A stretch of 64,000 nucleotides of DNA, taken from positions 43,338,001-43,402,000 of the forward strand of contig NC_043005.1 in the NCBI RefSeq assembly GCF_006345805.1. Reading direction: 5' to 3'. The notes under the pieces are model-generated. The model ran no database searches. It had not been told where the DNA came from and saw only the letters and a list, made by a program, of their open reading frames with translations. Shown one piece after another: positions 23,659 to 35,875 of this stretch. Numbering within the stretch: the first letter of the stretch is position 1; each line of letters begins with the position of its first letter. The stretch is from Octopus sinensis. Taxonomy: Eukaryota. Made by a program: the position numbers and the translations under genes.

Positions 23659-23751
23659 CGTAGTTAAAATTTACAGCAAGCAAAAGATGGAGGCAGGCGA
23701 GGGAACAACAAGCAGGTGTATTAGTTTGATGCTCCAGAAGAATGGAAAAGT

Positions 23752-23787
23752 CTTTGATGTTTTGAGCCTGTGCTCGCTGACAAAAAA
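23752..23787 (-). ncRNA. Highly degenerate hammerhead-like motif, same repeat family as 25393
   Basis: Minus strand reads TTTT-TTGTCAG-C-GAGC-ACAG-GCTC-AAAA-C-ATC-AAAG. About 110 bp of flanking homology with 25380-25500. Confidence 0.3.
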
Positions 23788-24389
23788 GGGCTGAGAGGAA
23801 AAAATGGAGAGAGAATGGAAAAACAGAGAGGGAATAGAATATGTAGGGATTAACAGTTCATCGTGATAAAGACGTATATACATATTTAGACATACACACA
23901 CACACACATACACACAAACATTTGCACCATGTACTGATACATAGTCCAAACTTTTAAGTATTTCTAGCTATCCATTTGTTACAAGCATAACTTCAACTGT
24001 TCATAAAAACTTCCAACATAAAACCCAATAATAAACAGAATTTCTGAAATGATTTCTACCAAATTTTAATGACGTCCCTACTGATACTTGACATCATCAT
24101 CATCATCATCATCGTCAACCATGACATGATGATGTCAAGGGCATCTGGCAGAGATTGTCAACAGACACAAACAAACTCATGCACACAGACACATGCACCT
24201 GTCCACAATCACTACAGTTCCCACACAAACTTCTTGTCCATACTCCTTTCTTGTCACAATTAACGCTCTTCCTGGCCTCTTACTCTCTCTCTCTCTCTCT
24301 TCCCTTCCTCCTCTCTTTCTCTCTCTATCTATATCTTTGAGTCCAACACTTTATTCTCATACCTTTTGCCTTTTTTTTTTACCTTCGCT

Positions 24390-24752
24390 TTAGTCATTAG
24401 ACTATGGCCTTGCTGGGGCACCACTTTGGGGAATTTTAGTCAAATGGATCAACACCAGTACTTGTTATTCTTTTGAAAGCCTGATACTTATTCTTTCAGT
24501 TTATTTTGCCAAACAGCTAAGTTACGGGGATGTAAACACACCACCACCAGTTGTCAAGTGGTGAAGGGACAAACACAGACACACACATATACAAATACAA
24601 TGGGCTGCTTTCAGTTTCCATCTACCAAATCCATTCACAATTCATAAAATTTTAGTTGGCCCAAGACTATAGCAGAAGACACTTGCCCAAGGTGTCATGC
24701 AATGGGACTGAACCCAGAACCATGTGATCTGGAAATAAGCTTCTTATCACAC
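24390..24752 (-). mobile_element. SINE-B
   Basis: Reverse-complement homology from head to tail. Confidence 0.75.
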
Positions 24753-25392
24753 CTGCATCTCTGTGCCCTTTATTTTTTGCACAGGTCACTGTTCCATTCA
24801 CACGTTTTCCTTGCTGTCCCTCTTGCAGTGCACTTCACTTTACTCTCACACAGTAACCCTCTCAATCACTTTTCTTTCATTCCTTTTATACATGCACACA
24901 CATGTATAGTATATGATTTTAAGTTTATCTACAGATACTTAAGTACATATTTGATTGTACACAGTGTATGCTTGTATATGTAGATAAATGCATATGTTTA
25001 TGTATGATCATATATATATATATATATATACATGTGAGTGTGTGTGTATATAACAAGTTGCAAACTTCACTAACTGTATTTCCAAATCTCCCGCATGTAA
25101 GTATATATTTGAATGCAAACATAGCCAAGTGAAGCCACTTCAGAATTATCAGTGGGTTCTTTCCCACATCAGTGTCTTGTTATCTTTTCCCTCTTGCTTG
25201 TACATTCCAATGTGCACACGCACATACATGCTCTAACATACACACGCACCTTCGTTTTGGTATCTCCACTACTTTATTATCTCCCCTTCTTCTTAGCTCT
25301 CCTGTGTGACCCCTCTCTCTCTGGCATTAACCATGTTAGATTGCTAACCACTAAACCTTTTTTATTTTCTCTCCTTGTTTATTTCTATGTTC

Positions 25393-25428
25393 CTTTCTGT
25401 TGAAGAGCGTAGGCTCAAAACATAAAAG
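25393..25428 (+). ncRNA. Degenerate hammerhead-like motif, second repeat family
   Basis: CTTT-CTGTTGA-A-GAGC-GTAG-GCTC-AAAA-C-ATA-AAAG. Stems I and II pair. The core differs at A6, and AAAA/CAT can be read as CpG-decayed GAAA/CGT. Confidence 0.4.
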
Positions 25429-26265
25429 ACTTTCTCAATTTTCGAGCATTAAACTAATACATCTGTTTGTTGTTTACACACCCGTCTTCGTCTTTTTTTT
25501 TTTTGTAAATTCTCACACCGATGCTGGTGTGTTTGCGTCCCCATGACTTGGCAGTTCAGCGAGGAAGACCAATAGAATAACTTCTGGGGTCGATATGCTC
25601 AACTAAAGGTGATGCTCCAACATGGCCGCAGTCAAATGACTGAAACAAGTAGAAAGAGTAAAAGAGAGTAAAGAGTTAATAATGATAAAATTGTTTCACT
25701 AAATTCTTCATTATTTTTGGAATTAATCAAAACAAGTCAGTGTATTTAAAAAAAAAACCCAAAAAACATGGTACCAAAAGGGATAAGTTTCTGAGTGGGG
25801 ACCCATGCTTTCTTGTCATGTACGGGGCCAAGGGGTAGATGGAATACTGAAGAAATTACTAAGAAGTGAGTGGTTTGTATCTTGGCCTAGCACTGGTTCT
25901 GTTGATGTAAACGCTTAAATTTTAAAAACGTCCAATCCGCCTAAATGTGCAAAGGTGCCATAGGGTGGAAATAAGTTACAACTCTACTGTTACAGCTGTT
26001 TCAACTGTCTGGTAATGAGGGAACGTGTTTTGTCAGCTTGCAGTTGTGTTAAATTCAACATCTGCTGTAGGTGTGATGGGTGTGACCATAAAATGCATTA
26101 ATTCCCACTACTCATCATAAAGTCAATAGACCTGACGGGGACATTTTCACTTCAGTCGTTGCATTCATTTGATTGTGCAACAACTGGCAAAGACAGTGAC
26201 CCGTCTTGTTCTTATAATAATAAAATAATAATAATAATAATAATTATAATAACAACAACAACAAT

Positions 26266-26469
26266 AATCCTTTCTACTATAGAACAAGGCCTGAAATTTT
26301 GGGGCAGGGAGCCAGGCAATTAGAACAACTGGTACTTAATTTATTAACCCCCCCAAAAGGATGAAAGGCAAAATCAATCTCAGTGGAATTTGAACTCTGA
26401 ACATTAAGACAGAGGAAATGCCACTAAGTATTTTGCATGGCTTGCTAAAGATTCTGCCAGCTCGTCACC

Positions 26470-26516
<47 letters not shown>

Positions 26517-26692
26517 TTTTTCTACTAGGCCTGAAATTTTGTGGTGGGGGACTAGTTGATTACATTGACCACAGTATTTCACTGGTACTTAATTTACTGA
26601 CCCCGAAAGGATGAAAGGCAAAGTCAATCTCTGTGGAATTTGAACTTGGAAAGTAAAAGCTGAATAGATGCGATTAAAGCATTTTGTCCAGC
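26266..26692 (-). mobile_element. Two head-to-tail SINE-A copies (tail ii)
   Basis: 26266-26470 and 26515-26692, separated by (TAA)n. Confidence 0.75.
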
Positions 26693-27519
26693 AAAATATA
26701 CATACATATACCCACACACATATATAATCATTTCTTTTACTTCTGCTATACACACTTGTTGAGCAAGTTCTTCCTCTTCTTTCTCTATCATTTTCATTAA
26801 GGTCTCTGCAACTAGATATTTGTAATACATACAGGACTAGTTCATTCCCACCTCTTTACTGCAGACTGCCAAATTGAACTTACATGGATAGTTTGGCAAA
26901 GAATTGGTTGAAATCCAACATGAGTGCTGGAAGAAGAAAAAAAAAATCAAAAAAAAAATCAGTTAATTAGAGAATGGATTTCAGCATTCAGTTAAATGTT
27001 TGTGTTTTCTGTCTACCATTTTCATCTCTAAACGATGTTTCCGTCCATGAATTCCTCCTCTCATTATGATGTGTTACACTAATAAGTTGCCATTTCCTCT
27101 TCCATTGTTTTTTTCTTTTATGATTTATCATAATCATTGTCATTATCATCATCATCATCATCATCTTCATCATCACCACCATCACTATCATCTGTTGTAA
27201 TGTAAGTTCAACGTTTATGCTTTATGTTACAATTCATGAGCAATCACATCATTTGTTACATGCATCTGATTCTGGGTCATTGCATTTTACGAATGCAAGA
27301 GTGGCAAGGGTGTGCCTGTAGCTCAGTGCAGAACAAATAGCATTAGGCAACTTTCCTCCACAGCATCAGCATTTTGTTTTTCTTGCTAATGTTTAAATCT
27401 TTCTGGATATATATACATATTCATATATCTGTCTGTCTATCTATATATCTATCTAATCTATCTGTCTGTCTATCTATATATCTATCTAATCTATCTATCT
27501 ATCTACCTATCTATGTGTT

Positions 27520-27550
<31 letters not shown>

Positions 27551-27757
27551 CAACAAAATCTTATGTCCAATATTCAATGCTGGCATGTGTTAGATGAACT
27601 TTGCAGAAAGGCCAATTAATCTACTAAAGCTTGATGGCCAATTCTGGGATTTTATTTGTGCCTTCTAGCTTCTTAATTATTCTGTCAATAAATTAAATCT
27701 AATATTTAAATCTGGTGCATAAACACAGACCCACCCATACATATATATATATATATA

Positions 27758-27820
27758 TACCATATTTGATGGTCTGTAAGGCACACGAGTGCATAGGATG
27801 CACCCTAGCCTAGGCTATAC
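27758..27820 (+). mobile_element. Possible Tc2/pogo-like transposon end
   Basis: TACCATATTTGATGGTCTGTAAGGCACAC...ATAGGATGCACC, next to (TA)n, resembles TACCGTATTT...TATAAGGCGCAC-type termini. No partner TIR found. Confidence 0.3.
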
Positions 27821-28001
27821 TTTTCTAAAATAAATTACCACTAAAATAATGTTTTAATTTCTCCACTTACATGTATAACTTTGTTATTAGCAGTAATTAT
27901 AAGCAATTTATTGTATCCACATTCGATGTAAACATACCATAGGTGATTGTTCACTAATAGATGGCAGCACACTGTTTTCGCTCAATAAACACTCCCAACA
28001 C

Positions 28002-28074
28002 CCGCTCTGGGAATTGAAACTGCAATCCTATGACTGCGAGTCCACTGCCCTAACCACTGGGCCATTGGGCCTCC
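28002..28074 (-). mobile_element. SINE-D tRNA-like head only
   Basis: Minus strand reads TGGCCCAGTGGTTAGGGCAGTGGACTCGCAGTCATAGGATTGCAGTTTCAATTCCC. Confidence 0.6.
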
Positions 28075-28499
28075 ACACACACACACACACACATATATAT
28101 GACAGTCTTCTTTCAGTTTCTGTCTACCAAATCTACTCACCAGGTTTGGTTAGCCTGAGGCAATTTTAGAAAAACTTTGCCCAAGGTACCACGTGGTGGA
28201 ATTGAACCCTGGAACCATGTGGTTGGGAAGTAAGCTTCTTACTACACAGCCATGCCTACACCTATTTATAAAAATCCCTTTATAATTATGTGTATAAAAA
28301 AATATAATCCTTACATAAAGCTTAGAACATAATCTTTTTATCTTTTCACTTGTTTTAGTCATTAGACTGAGGCCATGCTGGGGCACCAACTGAATCAATC
28401 CCAGCATTTATTTTTAAACCTGACACTTATTCTCACAACTTGGATTCCACTGACTTCATCAATTTCCAATTTACAACACTAGTGATAGTAGACACTACT

Positions 28500-29120
28500 G
28501 CAGGTGCTGGCATAGTTGTGTGGCTAGAAGCTTGCTTCACTACCACATGGTTCCATGTTCAATCCCACTGCATGTCACCTTGGGCAAGTGTCTTCTACTA
28601 TAGCCTCAGGGCAAAGAGTAGATTTGGTAGACAGAAACTGAAAAGTGGCGAGCTGGCAGAAACGTTAGCACACCGGATGAAATGCTCAGCAGTATTTCGT
28701 CAGCCGCTACGTTCTGAGTTCAAATTTCGCCGAGGTCGACTTTGCCTTTCATCCTTTCGGGGTCGATTAAATAAGTACCAGTTACGCACTGGAGTCAATA
28801 TAATCAACTTAATCCATTTGTCTGTCCTTGTTTGTCCCCGCTGTGTGTAGCCCCTTGTGGACAGTAAAGAAATAAGAAACTGAAAGAAGCTCATCATATG
28901 TGTGAGTGTTTGTGTGTATCTGTGTTTGTCCCCCACCACTGCTTGACAACCAGTGTTGGTGTGTTTATGTCCCCATAACTTAGCAGTTCAGCAACGGTGA
29001 CCAATAGAATGAGTACCTGGCTCAAAAGAAAATAAGTACTGGGCTCGATTCACTCAACTAAAAACCCTTCAAGGTGGTGCCCCAGTATGGCCACAGCCTA
29101 ATCACCGAAACAAATAAAAA
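28500..29120 (+). mobile_element. SINE-B split by SINE-A
   Basis: Head at 28500-28643, remainder at 28875-29120. An inverted SINE-B head also lies at 28099-28263. Confidence 0.8.
28644..28874 (+). mobile_element. SINE-A (tail i) nested in SINE-B
   Basis: Perfect 11-bp TSD AGAAACTGAAA at 28633-28643 and 28875-28885. Confidence 0.9.
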
Positions 29121-29719
29121 GCATAGCAGCTTGCTATATATTATTTTATCATTGGCCACTCATCTACTTGCCCTAATAATCAATAATCTACAATAATTGT
29201 ATATGCGTTTGTCTTACCTACAGCCAACTTCTACCTGTTGGTGTGTTGACTGTCTTGCCGTTGTAGCACTTGTTAATTCATCTAGTAAGACTAATCATAT
29301 AGCCCTGTGCTGTGAATGACCTGCCAGGTATAGGTCAACAACTTGTGTTTAATAAGTACAAATCAATATCTCTGCTAGTTGGTTGCATAGCTGTGTGCTG
29401 GCTGATTGTGAGACATTGATCTGTGTGACTTGAAATGGATCCATGACCTACATACGTATGCATAGGTAGACTTAAGCACACACACATACACACACACACA
29501 CAAGCACACACATGCTATATGCCACAGACTTTTATGTATACATGTATTTAAGTACATTTCTCAGTGTGTGTGTGTGTGCGTGTGCATGTATGATTTTATA
29601 TATATATATGTATGTATGTATGTATACACACACATGTTCACTTACAAATATATATATATATATATATTACATACATACCCACATACACACACTTATACCA
29701 TATACTCACATCAGACTGT

Positions 29720-30015
29720 TAGACTTTCAGTTGATGTTAGGACTGTGTGTGTCTGTCTGTCCATAGTTGGTTCCATATATGGCTTCCGCAGGGCAAGTTG
29801 GTGCATGACCTCTATCTTCTGAGTACTGATTGTGAGGCCGAAGTCTTCACAGGCAATGGGAAAGCAGTTCATATTCTGCTCTGTCTGAGCCTGTGTGGCA
29901 AGCATTGAGTGCACAGTTGTCTGCAAACAGTGCCCTCTCTCCACTTTGATTTTGGCTAATAGCCTCCAGTAGTTGAAAAGTCTGCTGTCAGTCTTGAATC
30001 TTATCTTCATGCTGT
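29720..30015 (-). mobile_element. RTE/BovB-like reverse transcriptase remnant
   Basis: MKIRFKTDSRLFNYWRLLAKIKV...CFPIACEDFGLTISTQKIEVMHQ resembles the RTE RT segment (IRFRTDG.LFN.RRL.A.TK...F...C..FGL.IS.KKTEV.HQP). Confidence 0.75.
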
Positions 30016-31439
30016 CCACACCCACATACACACACACACACACATTGACATCAAACTGTTGAGTTGTCAGGTATTGTCTAAGTCCCATAGACAATGCCTT
30101 CACTGTACATGTTCATGGGTGCACACACACACTCTGTGGCATACACAAATATGTTTGGCTTCTCCATGTAGTTGCTCCCTGAAAGCGCAGGTCAACCCCA
30201 GACAAAAGACAAAAACCACTTGCTCAAGGTGCCATGCAAAAAGCATAACCCCAAAATCACAAGATCACAAAGCAAACATCTTAATCATCACTCTGTGTGT
30301 GTATGTGTATGTGTGTGTGTGTGTGTGTGAGTGTGAGTAGATAAGAAATAAACAAAGATGATGATGATGTTCTAGTTTTATTTGGTTTATTATAACTTCT
30401 AGATTATTATTTTATTATAACGTCTCCCCTTGGTATCATAGTCCACCCGGCCATATAGGCCAGGCATAGCTGTGTGGCCTGAAAAGGCAACAGAAAGAAT
30501 CTCATTAAGCTTACAGTCCTGTGGGAAGAAGGGTGTGATCAAGCCTTTGAATGCTAAGTACCAGAACCTTCTGTGGGACTGCAGGGAGAATGGATGGCAG
30601 GCATAGCTATTTTCAGTCAAGGTGGTTATAGGGGATTCCCTGCCCAGTCAGTATGGAGAATCCTTGTAGATGTTGGGATAAGAAGAGGAAAGAGAAAGGA
30701 TGAGAGAGGCAGCAGAAAAAGTCTGTTGCTGGTTATGGATGGAGCAAGAGGGAAGAAGTTAAGCTGGGAGTCAGGAGGAAATGATGAGCAGTGATTTGGC
30801 CACCATTGCTGACCCACCTGTTGGAAGGTTTTACAGGTTGGAGTAAAAACATCGAATGGTCATTAGACACCTTCTAATAACATTGATTGCTCCTAGTCAA
30901 AGTGGATGACTTGTTGCAGGAGATGGAGTTTATATGAACGTTTGTTAATTTTTTCTGACTCATGCAATCAATTTTGAACGCATACTGTTTTGCATACTGA
31001 CTTTACGTACCAGGTAATATCACAGGGTCTTAGTGTGGGCGTTTGATGGCGTTGGGAGGTCTTGTGCAGCTACATGTCCTGACAGCCTATATGTTTGTAT
31101 ATGCATACGGTTGTAGAGGCATGTGCGTGTACTTCTACATCAGCAAGTGCGCTACTAATCGTACAAGTGTATTTGCATTTGGGCCTATTTTTGTTTGAGT
31201 ACATGAGTGTGTGCATGGTAATATGTAACCGATAGCTGAACTCCGTCTTTGTCTTGGAGCTCTTTTGAACCTAACCTTTGCCATCTCTATCAAATAGTAT
31301 TTGTTCCGGTTTAAGTACCATAATGTTGTCAGTAGTCATTTTCTTTCATTTTTTTCTAAACTTTCACCTTTGACTTCCTGTGGTTGGGCTTTTCATGGTG
31401 TTACTTTTACTGTCATTGTTACAGGTTTGTAGGTATATT

Positions 31440-31770
31440 TATTAGTGGCATTCATCCGTTTTTATGTTCTAAGTCCAAATTCCACAGAGGTTGACTTTAC
31501 CTTTCATCCTTTCAGGTTCAATATAATAAGTACCAGTTAAGCACTGGGGTCAATGTAATTGATTTACCACTTGCCCTGAAATTCCTGCCCTTATACCAAA
31601 ACTTGAAAGCAGTATTACTATTATTGGTATTATATTAGGCAGTGAGCCAGACAAAAGAGTTGGCAACATTTCCTGGTCACTCTTTACATTCTGAATTCAA
31701 ATGCTGCCAAGTTCATCTTTGCCTTCCATCTTTTCAGAGTCGATAAAATAAGTACCAGTCGAGTATTGGT
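31440..31770 (+). mobile_element. Two degenerate tandem SINE-A copies
   Basis: Core GTTGACTTTACCTTTCATCCTTTCAGG... at ~31485 and CTTTGCCTTCCATCTTTTCAGAGTCGATAAAATAAGTACCAG at ~31717. Confidence 0.65.
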
Positions 31771-31782
31771 AAACAAAAGGTA

Positions 31783-32023
31783 CCTTTTTGAGTCATACGG
31801 ACTCAGAAGGACCGGTTTTCCTAGTTTCATGGCATGTATATTCCCCACCTGGACAGGACGCCAGTCTGTCTCCGAATGACTCATTTTTGCCAGCTGAGTG
31901 GATTGGAGCAATGTAAAATGAAGTGTTTTACTCAGGAACACAATGTGTCACCCAGCCTGGGAATCAAAACCACAATCTTATAATCATGAGTTCATCACCC
32001 TAATCACTAAGCCATTCATCTCC
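31783..32023 (-). mobile_element. SINE-D-type element with an alternative tail
   Basis: Head and CORE-like region are homologous to 3720-3862; the 3' part differs. Confidence 0.65.
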
Positions 32024-32753
32024 ACTTGTTTAGACTTCTCTCAAAATTGTGCCAAAATTAGATAGAATTTAGCACACTGTTTTACTATTTTATTTTATTG
32101 ATATTCTTGTTATTTGTTACTTTGTCCTTTTTGTTGATACTGTGTTGATTGGAGGCCATTTCTTCCTCGCTTCATCCTCCTTACCATATATGCATATGTG
32201 TGCATGCACAACTGTGTGTCAGTGCAAACAGGTCTATTGGAGTGGTGTTGGGACAGGCATAGCCTTGATAGCCTTCCTATTGCCACCTCAGAGGAGGTAG
32301 AGGAAGAGTAGGAGAGAAGCTGATGGGTAGAGAGACAATAAATAATATATCACTGAAGGAATTAAAGCATATGATACTTGAAAATTTATTTGAAAAACAA
32401 GGAAAATGGTGTACTAAAAATGAGAATTATAAGTTGAAAAGTTATTTAATCAGTTTGACATGTAAAACAATAGCAGGCTTTATAAACGTGGATTGACATT
32501 GATAAAAAAAAACTATGTTTGTATCGAATGTAAACAGAAATATGTTTCCTATTTGGTAAAATAAGAACAAATTAAGACATACTCAGGAATATTATATGAA
32601 TGTAAGTCCGTGTAATTATAGACACACATGCACACAAAAGTATATAAACATACATGCATACACAAATGCATTTAAATAAATACACACGTATACATTTGCA
32701 GATATGCATGTCTCTGTACAATCACTCTATCTCTCTCTTACATACACATACAC

Positions 32754-32794
<41 letters not shown>

Positions 32795-32940
32795 TATTTA
32801 AGGTAATGAAAATCTTTTGCTTTGGAAAATTAGTATTCATCTCAACATTTTGTGTAAATACAAAGAAATTTTATAAAAGTTAAATAAGAATTCTTGTATG
32901 TATGACATATTTCCTGCTATTACTTATGATCACAAAAGTA

Positions 32941-33527
32941 CATGGCTATGTAGTAAGAAGCTTGCTTCCCAACCACATGGTTCCAGGTTCAGTCCCACTG
33001 CGGGACAACTTGGACAAGTGTCTTTTACTATAGCCTCTGGCCGACAAAAACCTTGTGAATGGATTTGGTAGACTGAAACTGAAAGAAGCCCATTGTGTGT
33101 GTATATATATATATCATCATCATCATCATCATCATCTTTTAGCGTCCGTTCTCCATGCTAGCATGGGTTGGACGGTTCAACTGGGGTCTGTGAAGCTGGA
33201 AGGCTTCATCAGGCCCAGTCAAATCTGGCAGTGTTTCTACGGCTGGATGCCCTTCCTAACGCCAACCACTCCGTGAGTGTAGTGGGTGCTTTTTACGTGC
33301 CACCCGCACAGGTGCCAGACAGAGCTGGCAAACGGCCACGAACGGATGGTGCTTTTACGTGTCACCGGCACGGGGCCAGGCGAGGCTGGCAACGGACACG
33401 AACGGATGGTGCTTTTACGTGCCACCAACACAGGGGCCAGACAGAGCTGGCAAACGGCCACGAAACGGATGGTACTTTTACGTGTCACCGGCACGGGGGC
33501 CAGGCGAGGCTGGCAACGGACCGAGGC

Positions 33528-33559
<32 letters not shown>

Positions 33560-33775
33560 TTGAGTCTGTGTTTGTCACCCATCACTGCTTGACAACTGGT
33601 GTTGGCGTGTTTACATACATATAGCATAGCAGTTCGACAAAAGTGACCGGTGGAATAAGAACTCAGCTTAAAAAATAAGTCCTGGGGCTGATTTGTTGGA
33701 CTAAATGCCTTCTAAGCAGTGCTCCAGCATGTCTTCAGTCAAATGACTGAAACAAGTAAAAGCATAAAAGAAAAG
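32941..33775 (+). mobile_element. SINE-B split by an RTE tail insertion
   Basis: Head/CORE at 32941-33112, 3' part at 33530-33775. Confidence 0.8.
33113..33525 (-). mobile_element. RTE 3'UTR copy with an internal A-B-A-B repeat, inserted in a SINE-B
   Basis: (CAT)n tail at 33113; four 60-63-bp subunits starting at 33285, 33348, 33408 and 33471. Confidence 0.75.
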
Positions 33776-33901
33776 AATATAATATTATATTAATAAATAT
33801 GATTTATATTTATGTATATTTTCTATGTTGGTATATATGTGTGTGTGTGCATTTGCATGCACACACACACACACCTGTTATGCACAGAGAAACCTGTTCA
33901 T

Positions 33902-34134
33902 CAGGCAGCGAGTTGGCTGAAACATTAGCACGCCGGGCGAAATGCTTAGCAGTATTTCGTCTGCCGCTACATTCTGAGTTCAAATTCCACTAAGGTCGAC
34001 TTTGCCTTTCATCCTTTCGGCGTCGATAAATTAAGTACCTGCTACGCACTGGGGTTGATGTAATCGACTTAGTCTGTTTGTCTGTCCTTGTTTGTCCCCC
34101 TCTATGTTTAGCCCCTTGTGGACAATAAAGAAAT
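33902..34134 (+). mobile_element. SINE-A (tail i)
   Basis: 15-bp TSD GAGAAACCTGTTCAT (33887-33901) / GAGAAACATGTTCAT (34135-34149). Confidence 0.88.
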
Positions 34135-34263
34135 GAGAAACATGTTCATACAGGGATCACAAATATACATGTGTATGGCTGTACACATGTATTTTATTTA
34201 CCCAAAGTCAGGAACTTTCTGGCACCCACCTTATGTATATATAAATATATATGTGGGTGTGTG

Positions 34264-34490
34264 TACGAGGGTGTGCTGAAAGGTTCCTGGCTTTGGGTAA
34301 AAGGAAATAATACAGGAGGATCAGTTAATTATGATTTTATTCAACATATTTCCCTCTCAGATTCACACACTTATTGCAGCAGCCCTTCAGTTTCTCTAAG
34401 CCCTGTAAAAGAACTTGGAAGATTAGGCCAGCCTCCAGCCAGGCCTTTCACAATACTCTTAAAGCTAGGAATTTTCCAGCACCCTCTTGT
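34264..34490. mobile_element. Mariner-like MITE, second family
   Basis: Left end TACGAGGGTGTGCTGAAAGGTTCCTGGCTTT; right end AAAGCTAGGAATTTTCCAGCACCCTCTTG is its imperfect inverse. Confidence 0.65.
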
Positions 34491-35844
34491 GTTTGTGTGT
34501 GTGTGTGTGTGTTTATAGTATGTATATATTTGAATTTATTTTGTATATGTGTGTGTGTGTGTGTACACATACACACACCTGTTACGCACACAGAAATGTA
34601 CATATAAGGATCACAAATATATATGTGTAAAGGTGTGTGCATGTGTGCTAAAATGCATGTATTTGTGTACACACACTTATGTATGTGTGATCTTCATATG
34701 TGCATGTATTTTATACATACATGTACACTATATATATACCTTCACTCAATATTTCCCATGCTGATTGCAAATATGTCTGCTTGTGCTGCACACGTGTTTT
34801 TTTCCTATATTAATAGAAAATTTATAACTAGCATAGACACATAAACGCTTGCACACCCACACATGTTCTTGTCCTCTCACACACACACACACACACATAA
34901 AGTGTGTTGTCTGTGTGAATTGAGGACATGTTTAATTGATCACTGTAAAAGACATGCATTGGCACACATTCGTTTCGGATCTTTATTGACTTTTGAACAG
35001 CTTTGTATCAAACACAACATGCAAGTTACCTCGTAAAATTCCACAATATTTTATACACACCCAGATCTGAACTGGGTTTTTTTCTTTGTTGTTGTTGTTG
35101 TTGATCTTTCTTTTCTTTTTTTTTTTCTTTTAAACTTTTTCTCTCTCCTCCCTCCCTTTCTCTCTGTAAACCACATGATATTAAATGCTTGAAATATTTG
35201 GAGTTTTTTTCTTGATTTTTTTTTTTTTTGGTTTCTTTTTAGTTGTCCTCGTTCATTTTCTTTCTGTTTTTGTTCGTTTCCACTATCGCTAGATATTTTT
35301 TTCGCGAAAAAAGATAATAATAATAATAATTTTTGTTTTTGATTTTTTTCATACATTATCGTTCTCTTGTAATAATTAAAAATGAACTTTGTGTAACAGT
35401 ACTTACATCAGATCACATATCTTCATTATTATTATTATTGTTCTTATCATCATCATCATCATTATTATTATTATCATTATTATTATTATTATCATTATTA
35501 TTCAACCCACTCCAACATACTCTTACTGTAAAGATTAGTTCTCGTTTTAATAATTTTTCTGTAAGGAATTTCTATTCATTTCAATTCGGAATATTTCACA
35601 TGATGGTTTATTTTGTTTGTTTTTTTCTTTCTTTCTTTTTTATGTTTTGAAATTTTGAATTTTTTCTTTTTTTTTCTCTCTCTTTCTGTAAAATTGTGTT
35701 TAGACGTGCTATTTCAAGAATGTCGCTTACTGCGATATATATACACGCATAAGCCATCACCATCTGCAGAGCGTCCTACTTGTGCCATCACACACACACA
35801 TTCTCTCGCTCTCTCTGCATCCTTATATATATATATATATATGG

Positions 35845-35875
<31 letters not shown>

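Noticed and set aside
25985-26040. GAAACAGCTGTA on the minus strand
   Set aside because: No 5' core or stem I. The surrounding block shows only a vague, stop-riddled transposase-like translation that I cannot support.
33285-33523. Regularly spaced repeats suggestive of a CRISPR array
   Set aside because: Eukaryotic context, whole units repeat without unique spacers, and they lie inside an RTE 3'UTR.
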